Shown here in pieces: positions 17,280 through 27,262 of a DNA stretch of 64,000 nt. This stretch comes from a virus, in IMG/VR virus record IMGVR_UViG_3300022935_000010, positions 32,001 through 96,000 of that record; one strand, 5' to 3'. The position numbers and the translations under genes were made by a program. Position 1 is the stretch's first letter. The number at the start of each line of letters is the position of its first letter. The notes under the pieces were generated by a model, which was given only the letters and a program-made list of their open reading frames with translations, ran no database searches and was not told the origin of the DNA.

Positions 17280-19295
17280 ATGAACGAGTCTTTATTGAAT
17301 GGGAACCTTCTCTTCATCCTTGAAAAGCAAGAAAATAATCTTGCAGTTTCAAAGGACGGTAACTCGGATGGTGGTGGTTATATACTCAAAGGTATTGCTG
17401 CTCAGTTTGGGAAAGAGAATAATAACAATAGAATATACGAGGAAGGTGAATACCTACCTCACCTTGAGTACCTAAAGGATAAGATAGGACAAAAGAGATT
17501 AGTTGGTGAATTAGATCACCCTGAAAAATTCGACGTATCTCTTAAAAACATTTCTCACGTTGTAGAAGATCTTGTTTATGACAAGGACGGAAGAGTATTA
17601 AACATTAAGGTTCGTTTGCTTGACACACCAGCTGGACAAATTGCTAAGAAATTAGTTGATGCTGGTATACCTCTTTCTATTTCTTCTAGAGCAGCTGGAA
17701 ATGTAGGTCCAGATAAGAAGGTACAGATCAAAAAGATCTTTACTTATGATTTGGTTGCAGATCCAGGTTTCCAAGACGCTCAACTCGAGAGAGTTTATGA
17801 AAGCGCTGGATTTGATGCTTTTGAATTTGAAGAAAGATCAAAAAAATCCGTTGTTAACAACTTAGAGTGTGTAAATGAGTCACTAGGTATAGAAAATGAA
17901 TCTGGGGTAAAGATATATAAAGTTGAAAATAGCGAAGAATTCGAAAAAATCCTTAATCAAGAAAAAAATAAATCCAACATTATGGAGGCCAACAAAGAAT
18001 ATGTTACTGCTGACGAGCTTAATAAGTATTCTATCTTTTTGAAAAATAAGATGGATGAGCTGGAAACGCAGATTTCTGAAATGAAACAACAAGAAGCTCA
18101 AGTTTCCGAGAGCGAAAGTGAATCTGTAGATTGCAAAGCTTTGGAGGAAAGAGTTGCTAAGCTAGAAAAGTACTCCGAGTATCTTGCTGAAAATCTAGAA
18201 AGTGCTATTAAGTACGGTGAGTATTTGTCAGAAAACCTAGATAGCAGCATTACGTATTCTAAGTACCTTGCTGAGAATCTAGACAAGACTATCTCTTATT
18301 CTAAGTATTTGGCCGAAAATGTTGATAAGGGTATTTCTTACACTGAATATGTAGCTGAGAATGTTGATAAGACTATCGACTATTCTAAGTATTTGGCAGA
18401 AAAACTAGATGATGGTATTCAATATACAGAATACGTGGCTGAAAATCTTGATAAGAATATCGCTTACTCTGAATACTTAGCAGAAAATGTTGATAAGAAC
18501 ATTGCTTACTCTGAGTATTTGGCAGAGAATCTAGATAAGGGTATTTCTTACTCTGAATATCTAGCAGAAAACTTAGATAAGGGAATAGCTTACTCTGAGT
18601 ACATTGCAGAAAAACTAGATCAAGGAATAAACTACACTGAGTACCTAGCAGAAAACCTAAATAAAGGTATTGCTTACTCAGATTATTTAGCTGAAAAGCT
18701 AAATGGAAATATAGCTAACACTGAAGCTATACACGAAAGCGTTAAAGCAGAAAACTCGCCAACACTTAACGAAAGTGCTAGGGAAAATGCTGAAAGCGCA
18801 TCTAAAACTGAATTGGTTGAATCAGGATTTGCTGGAGATTATGAAAATCTCGGAAGCAAGATTGATTCTCTAATTGAATCAGTCAAAACACAAAAGACTG
18901 AGGAAAATATAAATGAGGCACAAACGAAAGTTGAGCCGACTGCTCAAACACAAAAAGCAGATGAGGCAATCAACGAAGCCGAAGAAGAAACATTGGCAGG
19001 ATCATCAGGTCACAAATTTATTGATGAAATGCCAGAAGATTACTCTCCGATTTGGGAGTCACTAAATGAAAGTCAAAAGCAATCAGTAATTGCACAATCA
19101 GCTTTCTATAACTTAGAGACTGCTTATCAGATCAAGAACTTCTGGTCAACTCGTCAGCTTGGTGCTAAACCAGTAGGACTTCAGAAACTTCAAGAGAGCC
19201 AAGAAACACCAGAGCCTAAGACGGCTACTAACCCTCAGGGGTATTCAAACGATTACCTTAATTGGGTCGCTAAGTCGCTCGAAGGTAAGTTTTAA
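17280..19295 (+). CDS. gp21: Prohead core protease (gp21) fused to scaffold/core protein (gp22-like)
   Basis: N.NNRIY, GELDHP (catalytic His), LLDTPAG, ISSRAAG (catalytic Ser), TYDLVADPGF; long coiled-coil repeat C-terminal half; directly upstream of MCP. Confidence 0.92.
   Translation: MNESLLNGNLLFILEKQENNLAVSKDGNSDGGGYILKGIAAQFGKENNNNRIYEEGEYLPHLEYLKDKIGQKRLVGELDHPEKFDVSLKNISHVVEDLVYDKDGRVLNIKVRLLDTPAGQIAKKLVDAGIPLSISSRAAGNVGPDKKVQIKKIFTYDLVADPGFQDAQLERVYESAGFDAFEFEERSKKSVVNNLECVNESLGIENESGVKIYKVENSEEFEKILNQEKNKSNIMEANKEYVTADELNKYSIFLKNKMDELETQISEMKQQEAQVSESESESVDCKALEERVAKLEKYSEYLAENLESAIKYGEYLSENLDSSITYSKYLAENLDKTISYSKYLAENVDKGISYTEYVAENVDKTIDYSKYLAEKLDDGIQYTEYVAENLDKNIAYSEYLAENVDKNIAYSEYLAENLDKGISYSEYLAENLDKGIAYSEYIAEKLDQGINYTEYLAENLNKGIAYSDYLAEKLNGNIANTEAIHESVKAENSPTLNESARENAESASKTELVESGFAGDYENLGSKIDSLIESVKTQKTEENINEAQTKVEPTAQTQKADEAINEAEEETLAGSSGHKFIDEMPEDYSPIWESLNESQKQSVIAQSAFYNLETAYQIKNFWSTRQLGAKPVGLQKLQESQETPEPKTATNPQGYSNDYLNWVAKSLEGKF
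17912..17919 (+). promoter_or_regulatory. Internal late promoter GATATATA, probably driving a nested scaffold ORF (in-frame ATG 17982)
   Basis: Lies after the protease domain; followed by an A-rich leader (GAAAAAAATAAATCCAACATT) and in-frame Met235. Confidence 0.55.
18168..18713 (+). repeat. 13 tandem 42-nt (14-aa) coding repeats, consensus xYSEYLAENLDKGI
   Basis: Counted directly in the translation, from KYSEYLAENLESAI to AYSDYLAEKLNGNI; synonymous sites are diverged. Confidence 0.95.
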
Positions 19296-19321
19296 AAACT
19301 AAAAAAATAAAAGATAGTAAA

Positions 19322-21043
19322 ATGAAACTAATCAACGAAGCAGAAATCTTCGAAACCTGGTCTCCTATCATCGAGCAGAAGGCCGGTATTCAAGATGCTG
19401 AAAAAAAAGGATGGTTGAGCAAGTACTGCCACTACCATTCATTAAACGAGTCTGCTGGTGCATATCAGTCACTAGCAACTGTAAACGGTATGGGTGCCGT
19501 ACAACCACCCGCATACCCAGGTGGGTATAACTCCACTGGTTCTGCAGTAGGTACGCAAGCAAATTCTGCTTTCTATAACTCTGCTAACCAAGGTTCAGGT
19601 GATAAGTTTCCTTCACTTCTTCCATTGGCAATTCAGGTTGCTGCGAAGACTGTTGGATTCGATATCGTTCCTGTAATTCCTATGTCAGGTCCTACTGGCG
19701 TACTTTCTTACCTAGATTACGTATACTCAGGTGGTAAAATCAGTCCTGCATCTGCTGGCGCAACATCTGCTGAAGCTCTTGCAACTGCACCTTCTATGAT
19801 CAAGGTAGAATTGACAACCCCTGCAGCAGGTTATCCTGCTAACTTTGCAGTAGGTACTACTTACTACATCACTAACGCTTCTTCAGCTGGTGCATATATC
19901 ACTACTGAGTTTGTTGGTCTATCTAGAATCGATGCATTCCCAATCTTTAGAGTTATGGGATTAACTGCTGGTGAGACTATCTCTGCAGTTCTTGATGGTA
20001 ACGCAGCTAAAATTGGTACTGCAGTAGATGGAAACCAAGCTGGTACTACAACTGCGAGAGCAGAATTGGTTAAAGCTCTTGAGGATCACATCCAAGGATT
20101 CTCTGGTGCTGGTTTCAACAACGACCAAGACTGGCAAGGACCATTCGTAGATGGTACTAAGACTTACAACCCAATGCTAAGAGGTGTTGGTGAGAGCACT
20201 TACTACCAATCAATGGGTCTATCAACGTTCACTAAGTTCGTCGAAGCTGATACTTTCCAAGTAGCTGCTTCAGTAACTACTGAGCAGATCCAAGACCTTA
20301 ACAAGCAATTCGGTATCGACGTAATTTCTATGATCGAGAACGCATTGGTTAATGAGGTATCTCAAGCTATTAACAAGCACATCCTATCTAGAGCATTCGC
20401 TCTTGGTTGGTCTAACCACGACGAATTCTTGACTACAGAAGGTCAGAACTTGAACCTAAACCTCGTTATCGGTGGTACTGCTGGTTCTTACACTATTCCT
20501 TCTTACATAGGTAAGTCTGACTCTGGTATCTCTATCGCTTCTGTTGCAGGTCCTGCTTCAGGAACTTACGAGAACTTGTCAACTCTACAGAGAAGACTAT
20601 TCTCTAGAATTCTAGCATCTGCTAACGTGGTTGCTAACAGAGGAAGAAGAGGTCCTGCTAACTTCATCGTTACTAACGCTAACGTTGCAAGTGCATTGCA
20701 AGACATCTCTCAGTTCACTTTCGCACCTTTCTCTAACACTCTAACTCAGAACAACGGTACACTTTACCCAGTAGGTTCTCTTGCTGGTATGACCGTATAT
20801 GTTGATCAGAACATGAAGTTCGGTGATAACAGAGTATTAGTAGGTAGAAAAGGTGGTGACGACGAACCAGGACTTAAGTTCATGCCTTACATGATGGCTG
20901 AGTCTATCCAAACAATCTCTGAAGGTACTATGTCACCTAAGATTGCGGTTAAGTCTCGTTACGCACTAGTAGAAGCTGGTTTCCACCCAGAAACTATGTA
21001 CTTCTGTTTCCACGTGAACGTTCCTGCTGGAGGTCTATCCTAA
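19322..21043 (+). CDS. gp23: Major capsid protein, T4 gp23-like
   Basis: W.P....., PMSGPTG, T.EQIQDL....GID, E..Q.IN..I, RGRRGPANF, G.LAG.TVYVD, FMPY, PKIAVKSRYAL; strongly biased codon use typical of high expression. Confidence 0.95.
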   Translation: MKLINEAEIFETWSPIIEQKAGIQDAEKKGWLSKYCHYHSLNESAGAYQSLATVNGMGAVQPPAYPGGYNSTGSAVGTQANSAFYNSANQGSGDKFPSLLPLAIQVAAKTVGFDIVPVIPMSGPTGVLSYLDYVYSGGKISPASAGATSAEALATAPSMIKVELTTPAAGYPANFAVGTTYYITNASSAGAYITTEFVGLSRIDAFPIFRVMGLTAGETISAVLDGNAAKIGTAVDGNQAGTTTARAELVKALEDHIQGFSGAGFNNDQDWQGPFVDGTKTYNPMLRGVGESTYYQSMGLSTFTKFVEADTFQVAASVTTEQIQDLNKQFGIDVISMIENALVNEVSQAINKHILSRAFALGWSNHDEFLTTEGQNLNLNLVIGGTAGSYTIPSYIGKSDSGISIASVAGPASGTYENLSTLQRRLFSRILASANVVANRGRRGPANFIVTNANVASALQDISQFTFAPFSNTLTQNNGTLYPVGSLAGMTVYVDQNMKFGDNRVLVGRKGGDDEPGLKFMPYMMAESIQTISEGTMSPKIAVKSRYALVEAGFHPETMYFCFHVNVPAGGLS

Positions 21044-21068
21044 TCAGTAGTTAGTACACACTAATATT

Positions 21069-21098
21069 AAACCCCAGGTTTTTGCCTGGGGTTTTTTT
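21069..21098 (+). terminator. Intrinsic terminator after MCP
   Basis: AAACCCCAGG-TTTTTG-CCTGGGGTTT followed by a T-run. Confidence 0.9.
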
Positions 21099-21138
21099 AT
21101 TGTCCATGGATATATAGAATAAATGTGATGGTTGCATA

Positions 21139-22239
21139 ATGAGGAAAATAAGCTCACATAAACAGTTCCTTATTGAAAGGGATCTTTCGGTAGAAGTAGA
21201 TCAGGTGGTGTTAGCTGAAATGCTTCTGGACTATTATGGATTAAACGAGGGAAAGGCATTGGATACTCTTAAAAATTCGATTTCTAAAGCTTTATTTGGT
21301 CCTTTCTCCAGATTGTCTGTTATAGACACAATCAGGAAAGGAAATCTCGATATACAAAAGGAGATCATTAGAAAACAGTATGATGTGGAAGATGAAATCC
21401 TAGATCTGGAGGATAGGATAGAGGAGCTGAGAAAGAGCGGATCCTCTAGGAGCGATATTTCACGAATTCAAACACAGATTGAAAGAAAGAGAAAGGAATA
21501 TAGATCTTTTGTTAAAATGAAGAAGGAGCAGACCAATAAAGGGATGAAACTTCTTGAGAAAACAATAGGTAAAAATCCAAGAAGGAGAGAATATTACGAG
21601 GCTGGATTCTTAGACGATAAATACGAACTTGCAAAGTTTGAATTTGAACTTGCACAACAGAAATCTGCTGAAGCTGGAAATCTAAAAGATCTAAAGAAGG
21701 ATCTTGAAGACGCTGCTAAAAAAGCAGAATCCTTTGTAGTAAAGACAAAAAGCTCTGCACAAACTAAGGGGAAAATAAAAGACTCCGAACTTGAGGATGT
21801 ATCTGCTTTGAGAAAGAGAATCTCAGCAAATGATATGGGCGTTATAATATCTCTAAGAGAAAAGTCTAGGGATAGAATAAAGGAGCTTAAATCACAAATG
21901 TCCAAGATTCTTAGCGATATGAAGGGATTTATTTCAAAATCTCCTACATACGAGGAGGTTAAAGCTTCTGGAAAAATAACAAAGGGTATAAACGATCTCG
22001 AATCCAAAGCTAATGAGATGGATTCATTAGATAACCTTTCTAAGGTTTACTCTGATGTTATTTCTTCAAAGGGTAAATCTATTTCCAATGAATCATCATT
22101 GACTAGCTTATTTGGTAAGATTAACTCTGCTATTTCCGATGGAAATGATGCAGGATCTGGTGTTACTAAAGATGTTGTGGATATGAAATCGGACATCACA
22201 TTGAAAAAGATTGGAAATCTAATAAAAAAATTGTCCTAA
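21139..22239 (+). CDS. Coiled-coil putative head-internal protein
   Basis: GATATATA at 21109-21116; ISSHKQFLIE and GLNEG motifs; K/E-rich helical. Confidence 0.6.
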   Translation: MRKISSHKQFLIERDLSVEVDQVVLAEMLLDYYGLNEGKALDTLKNSISKALFGPFSRLSVIDTIRKGNLDIQKEIIRKQYDVEDEILDLEDRIEELRKSGSSRSDISRIQTQIERKRKEYRSFVKMKKEQTNKGMKLLEKTIGKNPRRREYYEAGFLDDKYELAKFEFELAQQKSAEAGNLKDLKKDLEDAAKKAESFVVKTKSSAQTKGKIKDSELEDVSALRKRISANDMGVIISLREKSRDRIKELKSQMSKILSDMKGFISKSPTYEEVKASGKITKGINDLESKANEMDSLDNLSKVYSDVISSKGKSISNESSLTSLFGKINSAISDGNDAGSGVTKDVVDMKSDITLKKIGNLIKKLS

Positions 22240-22241
22240 AG

Positions 22242-23135
22242 ATGCTTTTAAAATTTAAAGAGTGGGAATCACAAAACATAAATGAAGGGGATGTTAGCCT
22301 TGATAAGATTATGAATTGGCTTAGCTCTAATTTTGGTGGTACAATATCTAAAATAGATTCTTTGCTTTCCAAAATAAGTTCCATAGAAACCCAATATTCT
22401 AAAGACTGGAATGATATCCAGACTGATATAGATGCACTGGAGGTAAAGAAAGCTCAAACAAAGAGCGATCCTGCTGAAGCTAAGAAGCTGGAAAGAATGA
22501 TTGATAGGAATCAGAAATTGCTTACAGCTTTAAACAAGAAAAGAAAAGCGGACATAGCTAAGGTTGATGATAAAGTAGAAAAATTAACTAAAGGTAAAAC
22601 AAGACTTGTTTCTTATTGGAATTTAAAGAAGGCTGAATTGGAAGCAGATCTCGCCGAGAGTATGTACAAGATGGCTAAAGATCTTACTGACGAATCTGTT
22701 GCTGATGAATTGTACGACAAATACAAAGAGGCAGCACTTCAAGCGAAATCTAAAGATGAGAAGTTTAGGGAAAGGTTTGGTAAGTTGGAATTAGCTAAGC
22801 CCTCCACTCTTAAATCAGATACTGAGTCTAAGGCTATATCAGGTGCTAACTTTTCAATGGATCCTATCTTTTCAATGAACGCTCCCCAATTTACTAAATT
22901 CGTTCAGGATTTGGAAAAGAGTCAGGTAAGCGCATTAATCAAAGCCATGCAATCCGAAAGAAATGAAAGATATGCTACTTTAGATACCGAAAGAGATAGA
23001 CTTGAAGCTCAAGCTGAAAAGAAAGGTTTGTCTCGGGATAGTGTGAAGAGGGATCTTTCAGATCTACGTGAAACTCTAATGAGACAAATTAGGGATTTGA
23101 GAACTAAAATAACTATTGCTAGAAGATATGCTTAA
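22242..23135 (+). CDS. Coiled-coil putative head-internal protein (possible paralog of the upstream gene)
   Basis: LLKFKEWESQNINEG N-terminus; FGG.IS.ID parallels FGP.SRLS.ID in the upstream ORF. Confidence 0.6.
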   Translation: MLLKFKEWESQNINEGDVSLDKIMNWLSSNFGGTISKIDSLLSKISSIETQYSKDWNDIQTDIDALEVKKAQTKSDPAEAKKLERMIDRNQKLLTALNKKRKADIAKVDDKVEKLTKGKTRLVSYWNLKKAELEADLAESMYKMAKDLTDESVADELYDKYKEAALQAKSKDEKFRERFGKLELAKPSTLKSDTESKAISGANFSMDPIFSMNAPQFTKFVQDLEKSQVSALIKAMQSERNERYATLDTERDRLEAQAEKKGLSRDSVKRDLSDLRETLMRQIRDLRTKITIARRYA

Positions 23136-23397
23136 TCGTATTAAAAAACTAAATGAGTTTCCCTTATTGGAAGGTGTAAACGAGGATTTGGTAAAAGCAA
23201 AGGCTGATGTGAATGAAAAGCAAGCAGAAATTGCCGAAGAAATAGCAAAGCAGAAAGAAACCACAGATCTTAAGGAAAAAGCTGCTAGTATAAGAAACCA
23301 GGCTAGACTTGCTGGTCAGATGCCTTCTTTATTGAATGCGCTGGCAAATGCAATGGATGCAAAGGCTGATTCTGGTGACACAACAAATATTTATTAA
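23128..23397 (+). CDS. Small putative head-internal protein (start moved to ATG 23128)
   Basis: ATGCTTAA overlap with the upstream stop; IKKLNEFPLLEG motif. Confidence 0.6.
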   Translation: MLNRIKKLNEFPLLEGVNEDLVKAKADVNEKQAEIAEEIAKQKETTDLKEKAASIRNQARLAGQMPSLLNALANAMDAKADSGDTTNIY

Positions 23398-23400
23398 AAG

Positions 23401-25794
23401 ATGGCAAACAATTATCTTAGGAATAACCCAGTAGCGAATCAATTGTCGATTGACACATTTAGATTGTTTGAAAATCAGGATGTTGACAAAGCTCTTGAAA
23501 TAGCAGTCGATACTCTTTTAGGGGTCTTCAAAAAAATCACTTTTGATCTAGCTTCGGATAGGAATAGATCTTTTGAATCTTTTTCTAAAAAGCTTATGGG
23601 AGTGGGCGAGGCATCTTCTTTTAAATCACTGATTGCTAACATAAAAGACGTTTGTGGGGATATTGAGCTTGCTGATCCTATTTTGGCACCACTTAAAAAG
23701 ATGTATCTTGATTCTATCGATACGTTGGGTGATGCTATCAAAAGAATGATAGAGTTAGATCCATCACTAGAAGCAAAAGCTATTGAATATTTCAAAAAAG
23801 CTAGCAAAAGATTGTTGGAAACAATTAAAAGAGTTGCTGACCAATACCAGGAAAGGATAAACGAATCCCAAGCTATTGGTGTTCCTGGCAGAATGGAGAG
23901 GCTTAAGAGAATCTTGGTAAATCACATTATGGATTCAAAGGGAAAGGATGCAAAAGCTGGTTATGGTAGGGATTGGCACAGATTGTTTACTACTTTGGAA
24001 CAGAAACTTTCTTCCATAAATGCCGATAAAGCAACATTCTCAGATGGTGATAGAAAAAATCTCGCAGAACTTGAAAAGAAGACTGATAGCTTAACACAAG
24101 AGTACAATCAGTACAAAGTTAGAGCGGCTGAAACCGTGATGAGCAAGATTATCAAGGATCCTGACCTAGAGTCAAAATTTGCTGATTATATTGAGATCAT
24201 GACTAATGCCTTAGATGGTGTTACGAAAGCAAATACCGAGGAGGGCCTTATCGAGGTAAAAGTACGTGAGATCCTTGATGATAAGGAAACTAAAATGCAG
24301 GATAGGGTATTCCCACTGAAAGTTGGTGATAAGGACAATGACGGTAAGCTTAAGGGTTCTGGCTTGATTCAGACAGTCCAGAAGGCACTTATTGATGCCT
24401 TTATACCGATTAAAAATCTTTTGGATCCTAGAGGTGGTGCTAATGGTAAATTTGAAACCCCAACTAGTGTTGCTGTAAAGTCTATACAAGCTTCACTTGG
24501 AAATAAAGATGTGAATGGTACTTTGGATAAGCCTTTATTGGATGTTATTTTAAAGCTGGATCAGGTGTCTGGAGAAAATAAAGATGCAATAAAAGAAGCT
24601 ATTTCAAAGCTTAGGGTTTCTTATTCATCAATGAGTGAGTCTACAAGCGCATTAAGTGTTACCGAATTTATGAGGCTGATGGAAGCTATGACTTATATAG
24701 ATCCTAATGAAATAGAGGATAAAATCAAAATGTACAGTGAGGAAATAACTGAAGATGATGATTCTGTTGCACAACCAACTACCTCTGACTACACCATGGC
24801 TGAAAGACTGGCTAAGATGTTAAGGACTAAGAATTACAACAAAAACGCGGAGACAGAAGATTTTCTTAAGGAGGATGGTACTTTAAAGGGATCTTGTCCC
24901 CAAGATTTTATTGACGGCTGGACAAAAGCAATATCTGGTGATAAGTCTGTTTCCTTCTTTTTTATAGAGGATGAGAATGGAGGTTCACTTTATCCTACTA
25001 AGAGATTATCTTGTAATGTGAATAAGCCATGTAACTGGAAAAGGTATAAATCTATTGCTGGAGATGAAACAGACGACGTTCACAATTTTGGAAAATGGTA
25101 CACGACATACTGGAAAAATTTTGGTGGCGTTGGTTCTGAAATCAAGTCAAAAGTTTTGGATGATGTAATGAAGTCCAATTGTTCATTGGCTAAAGAGGAA
25201 AAACTTTCCGATGTTATAACGATCTACGAAGATCTTGAGAACTCTTTCATGCCTCATAAGGATGAAATATCACATGGCTATCTTAGACCAAATTCAATAA
25301 AGGAGATTTCTTCTGGAATAAAGGGTATGTTAGGTAATGATGGTGTTTCTAATCTTAGTCCTGCTGAACTAAGAGCTTTATATAACTCAGTTGTCCTAAT
25401 TTCTCCCCTAATCACATTTGATAGAGAAAGAGATGAATGGGTACCAGCACTATCCTTCCTATGTAAGACACTGGATTTAACTGAAGATGAGCTATTATCT
25501 GGGATTAAGAAAAGTAGTTCCTTAGGAAAGAAAGGCAAAATGAGTTCTGAAAAAGTAGCTTATCTTGATACTAAATCCTTACAGGATGGAGGTGATAGTG
25601 AAATTTTGAAATCAACTGTTATCGGTAGCACAGAGGATCCAGAGAAGATAAACAACATGAAATCAACACTAGATAAGGTTAAGTCTGTACTAAAGAGTCT
25701 TTCCAAACACACTAAGAGAATTAGTATAAGCGATGTTGGTGATATTACTCCTGATATTTCTGATTCTGTTGTTGTTATCTCTATGGCCAAGTAA
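23401..25794 (+). CDS. Large putative virion protein with a central peptidoglycan-binding-like domain
   Basis: PLKVGD...IQTVQKAL...ANGKFETPTSVAVKSIQ...V.G.LD resembles PG_binding_1; LFE, INES and LME motifs. Confidence 0.55.
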   Translation: MANNYLRNNPVANQLSIDTFRLFENQDVDKALEIAVDTLLGVFKKITFDLASDRNRSFESFSKKLMGVGEASSFKSLIANIKDVCGDIELADPILAPLKKMYLDSIDTLGDAIKRMIELDPSLEAKAIEYFKKASKRLLETIKRVADQYQERINESQAIGVPGRMERLKRILVNHIMDSKGKDAKAGYGRDWHRLFTTLEQKLSSINADKATFSDGDRKNLAELEKKTDSLTQEYNQYKVRAAETVMSKIIKDPDLESKFADYIEIMTNALDGVTKANTEEGLIEVKVREILDDKETKMQDRVFPLKVGDKDNDGKLKGSGLIQTVQKALIDAFIPIKNLLDPRGGANGKFETPTSVAVKSIQASLGNKDVNGTLDKPLLDVILKLDQVSGENKDAIKEAISKLRVSYSSMSESTSALSVTEFMRLMEAMTYIDPNEIEDKIKMYSEEITEDDDSVAQPTTSDYTMAERLAKMLRTKNYNKNAETEDFLKEDGTLKGSCPQDFIDGWTKAISGDKSVSFFFIEDENGGSLYPTKRLSCNVNKPCNWKRYKSIAGDETDDVHNFGKWYTTYWKNFGGVGSEIKSKVLDDVMKSNCSLAKEEKLSDVITIYEDLENSFMPHKDEISHGYLRPNSIKEISSGIKGMLGNDGVSNLSPAELRALYNSVVLISPLITFDRERDEWVPALSFLCKTLDLTEDELLSGIKKSSSLGKKGKMSSEKVAYLDTKSLQDGGDSEILKSTVIGSTEDPEKINNMKSTLDKVKSVLKSLSKHTKRISISDVGDITPDISDSVVVISMAK

Positions 25795-25798
25795 CCTA

Positions 25799-25826
25799 GA
25801 AACTTATCAAACACATAACTCTATAA
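25799..25826 (+). promoter_or_regulatory. Putative middle promoter GAAACTT-N16-TATAA
   Basis: Intergenic, upstream of the GT-like/kinase/asnB operon. Confidence 0.7.
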
Positions 25827-25845
25827 CTCCTAAAGGTGTTTTTTA

Positions 25846-26778
25846 ATGTGTAAGGCAGTTAAGTTATATTTCTTGAGTTTTTGTAGACAAGGTCCACCCT
25901 ACGATTCGGGTAAAGACCTCACTAGTAACGTGGATAATATAAAAGCTCTACTTGGTGGTTTCTTTGACGATGTAATTATTTACTCCCCAGCTTCTCTTAA
26001 AGAGTGTGAGGGTAGCGATGGATTTTGTGAGTTCCACGATGGTGATTTTCCACTTAACGCCGGTTTGAATGCAAATGGATGCGGGGATTTTAAATCTTTC
26101 ATTATAGATAAAACTCTCGGTGAGATTGATGATGGTGATATTCTGGTTTACCATGATTGCAATTTTGCTAAATATCCACAATACTGGCAAACAGATTGGG
26201 AAAACCTACACGATATTGTAAATTTCTTACTTTCTGAAAATGGTTCGGATTTTTTTATACCCTTTGAGCATGAGGCATTTGGCAAAAAACCTACAGTTTC
26301 TCTTCACGGAAAAAGATATACTACAAATAAAATCATAACAAATTCTACTGAGGCTGAGATTGTTTCCAGATGCTATGAGATCGCTTCCAGTAGGATGATA
26401 ATAAGGAATTCTGAATCCTCTCGTGCTTTCTTTGGTGATTATAAAAGGCTGTGTAGCCAAAAGGATCTACTAACAAAATATCCAAATCCAAATCCATATC
26501 CGGAATTTACCCATAGCTGCCCAGAGCAACATGTGTTAAATTGTTTAATTTACAAGTACATTTTAGACGGTAAGCTTGATAAGCATTTTCCTAGGTATTC
26601 ATTTCCCAACGGGAGACTTTCAATCCATTCTGGAGTTGAATATAGAATAAACGAGGAACTGTCGAAATATATGAAGGTTAAGACCATAAAAGAATTTGAA
26701 AAAAGGAACAACAATGTCGGGGAAAATAAAGATATTCGAGGGACCAAGGAATTCGGGGAAGACATTTTTAGCACGTAG
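25846..26778 (+). CDS. Putative glycosyltransferase-like (nucleotide-diphospho-sugar transferase fold) protein
   Basis: FK..II...L..I.DGDILVYHDC and H..EQ.VL..L resemble GT-A-like viral proteins. Confidence 0.5.
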   Translation: MCKAVKLYFLSFCRQGPPYDSGKDLTSNVDNIKALLGGFFDDVIIYSPASLKECEGSDGFCEFHDGDFPLNAGLNANGCGDFKSFIIDKTLGEIDDGDILVYHDCNFAKYPQYWQTDWENLHDIVNFLLSENGSDFFIPFEHEAFGKKPTVSLHGKRYTTNKIITNSTEAEIVSRCYEIASSRMIIRNSESSRAFFGDYKRLCSQKDLLTKYPNPNPYPEFTHSCPEQHVLNCLIYKYILDGKLDKHFPRYSFPNGRLSIHSGVEYRINEELSKYMKVKTIKEFEKRNNNVGENKDIRGTKEFGEDIFST

Positions 26779-27262
26779 GTATTCTGAGATCCACAGTCTT
26801 CCTATTTATCAGTTTGACTTCGTTGGGTGGTTCAATAAGTTAGAATTTGATAATGGCTCCCGAGAGACCCACTCATTTGCGCTTGGTAAGGAACTGATGC
26901 TGCTCCAGCTTTCGAGGGATAAACTACTTCCTACCTTTATACTCGATCGGGGTATAATTACTGTGCTTTCCTGGGGAATATTATCAGGAAGGATAACGGA
27001 AGAATTTGCTCTAAATCAGCTTAAAATGATTGCTGGAGAGGGTTTGCTTAAAAACTGTGAAATCTATTTCGTAACTGGAGATAATCCAGACAAGTCCCCT
27101 AGAAATAAGGACAATTGGGATTTTACTGAGGAAGACAACAAGGAACTAGAGATAGTTGAAAATTTGATAGGTTATATTCAAAATCAACCTTACAATGTTT
27201 ATACCCAACGTATTTTTAATAGCTTCAGTGATAAAACGATAAACGATTTAAAACATATTTAG
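26714..27262 (+). CDS. Thymidylate/dNMP kinase-like P-loop kinase (start moved to ATG 26714)
   Basis: IFEGPRNSGKT P-loop; FILDRG motif of TMP kinases. Confidence 0.75.
   Translation: MSGKIKIFEGPRNSGKTFLARRYSEIHSLPIYQFDFVGWFNKLEFDNGSRETHSFALGKELMLLQLSRDKLLPTFILDRGIITVLSWGILSGRITEEFALNQLKMIAGEGLLKNCEIYFVTGDNPDKSPRNKDNWDFTEEDNKELEIVENLIGYIQNQPYNVYTQRIFNSFSDKTINDLKHI

Noticed and set aside
18168-18713. 42-nt periodic repeats as a possible CRISPR array
   Set aside because: No constant repeat with unique spacers; variation is mostly at synonymous positions and the unit is an in-frame 14-aa protein repeat.
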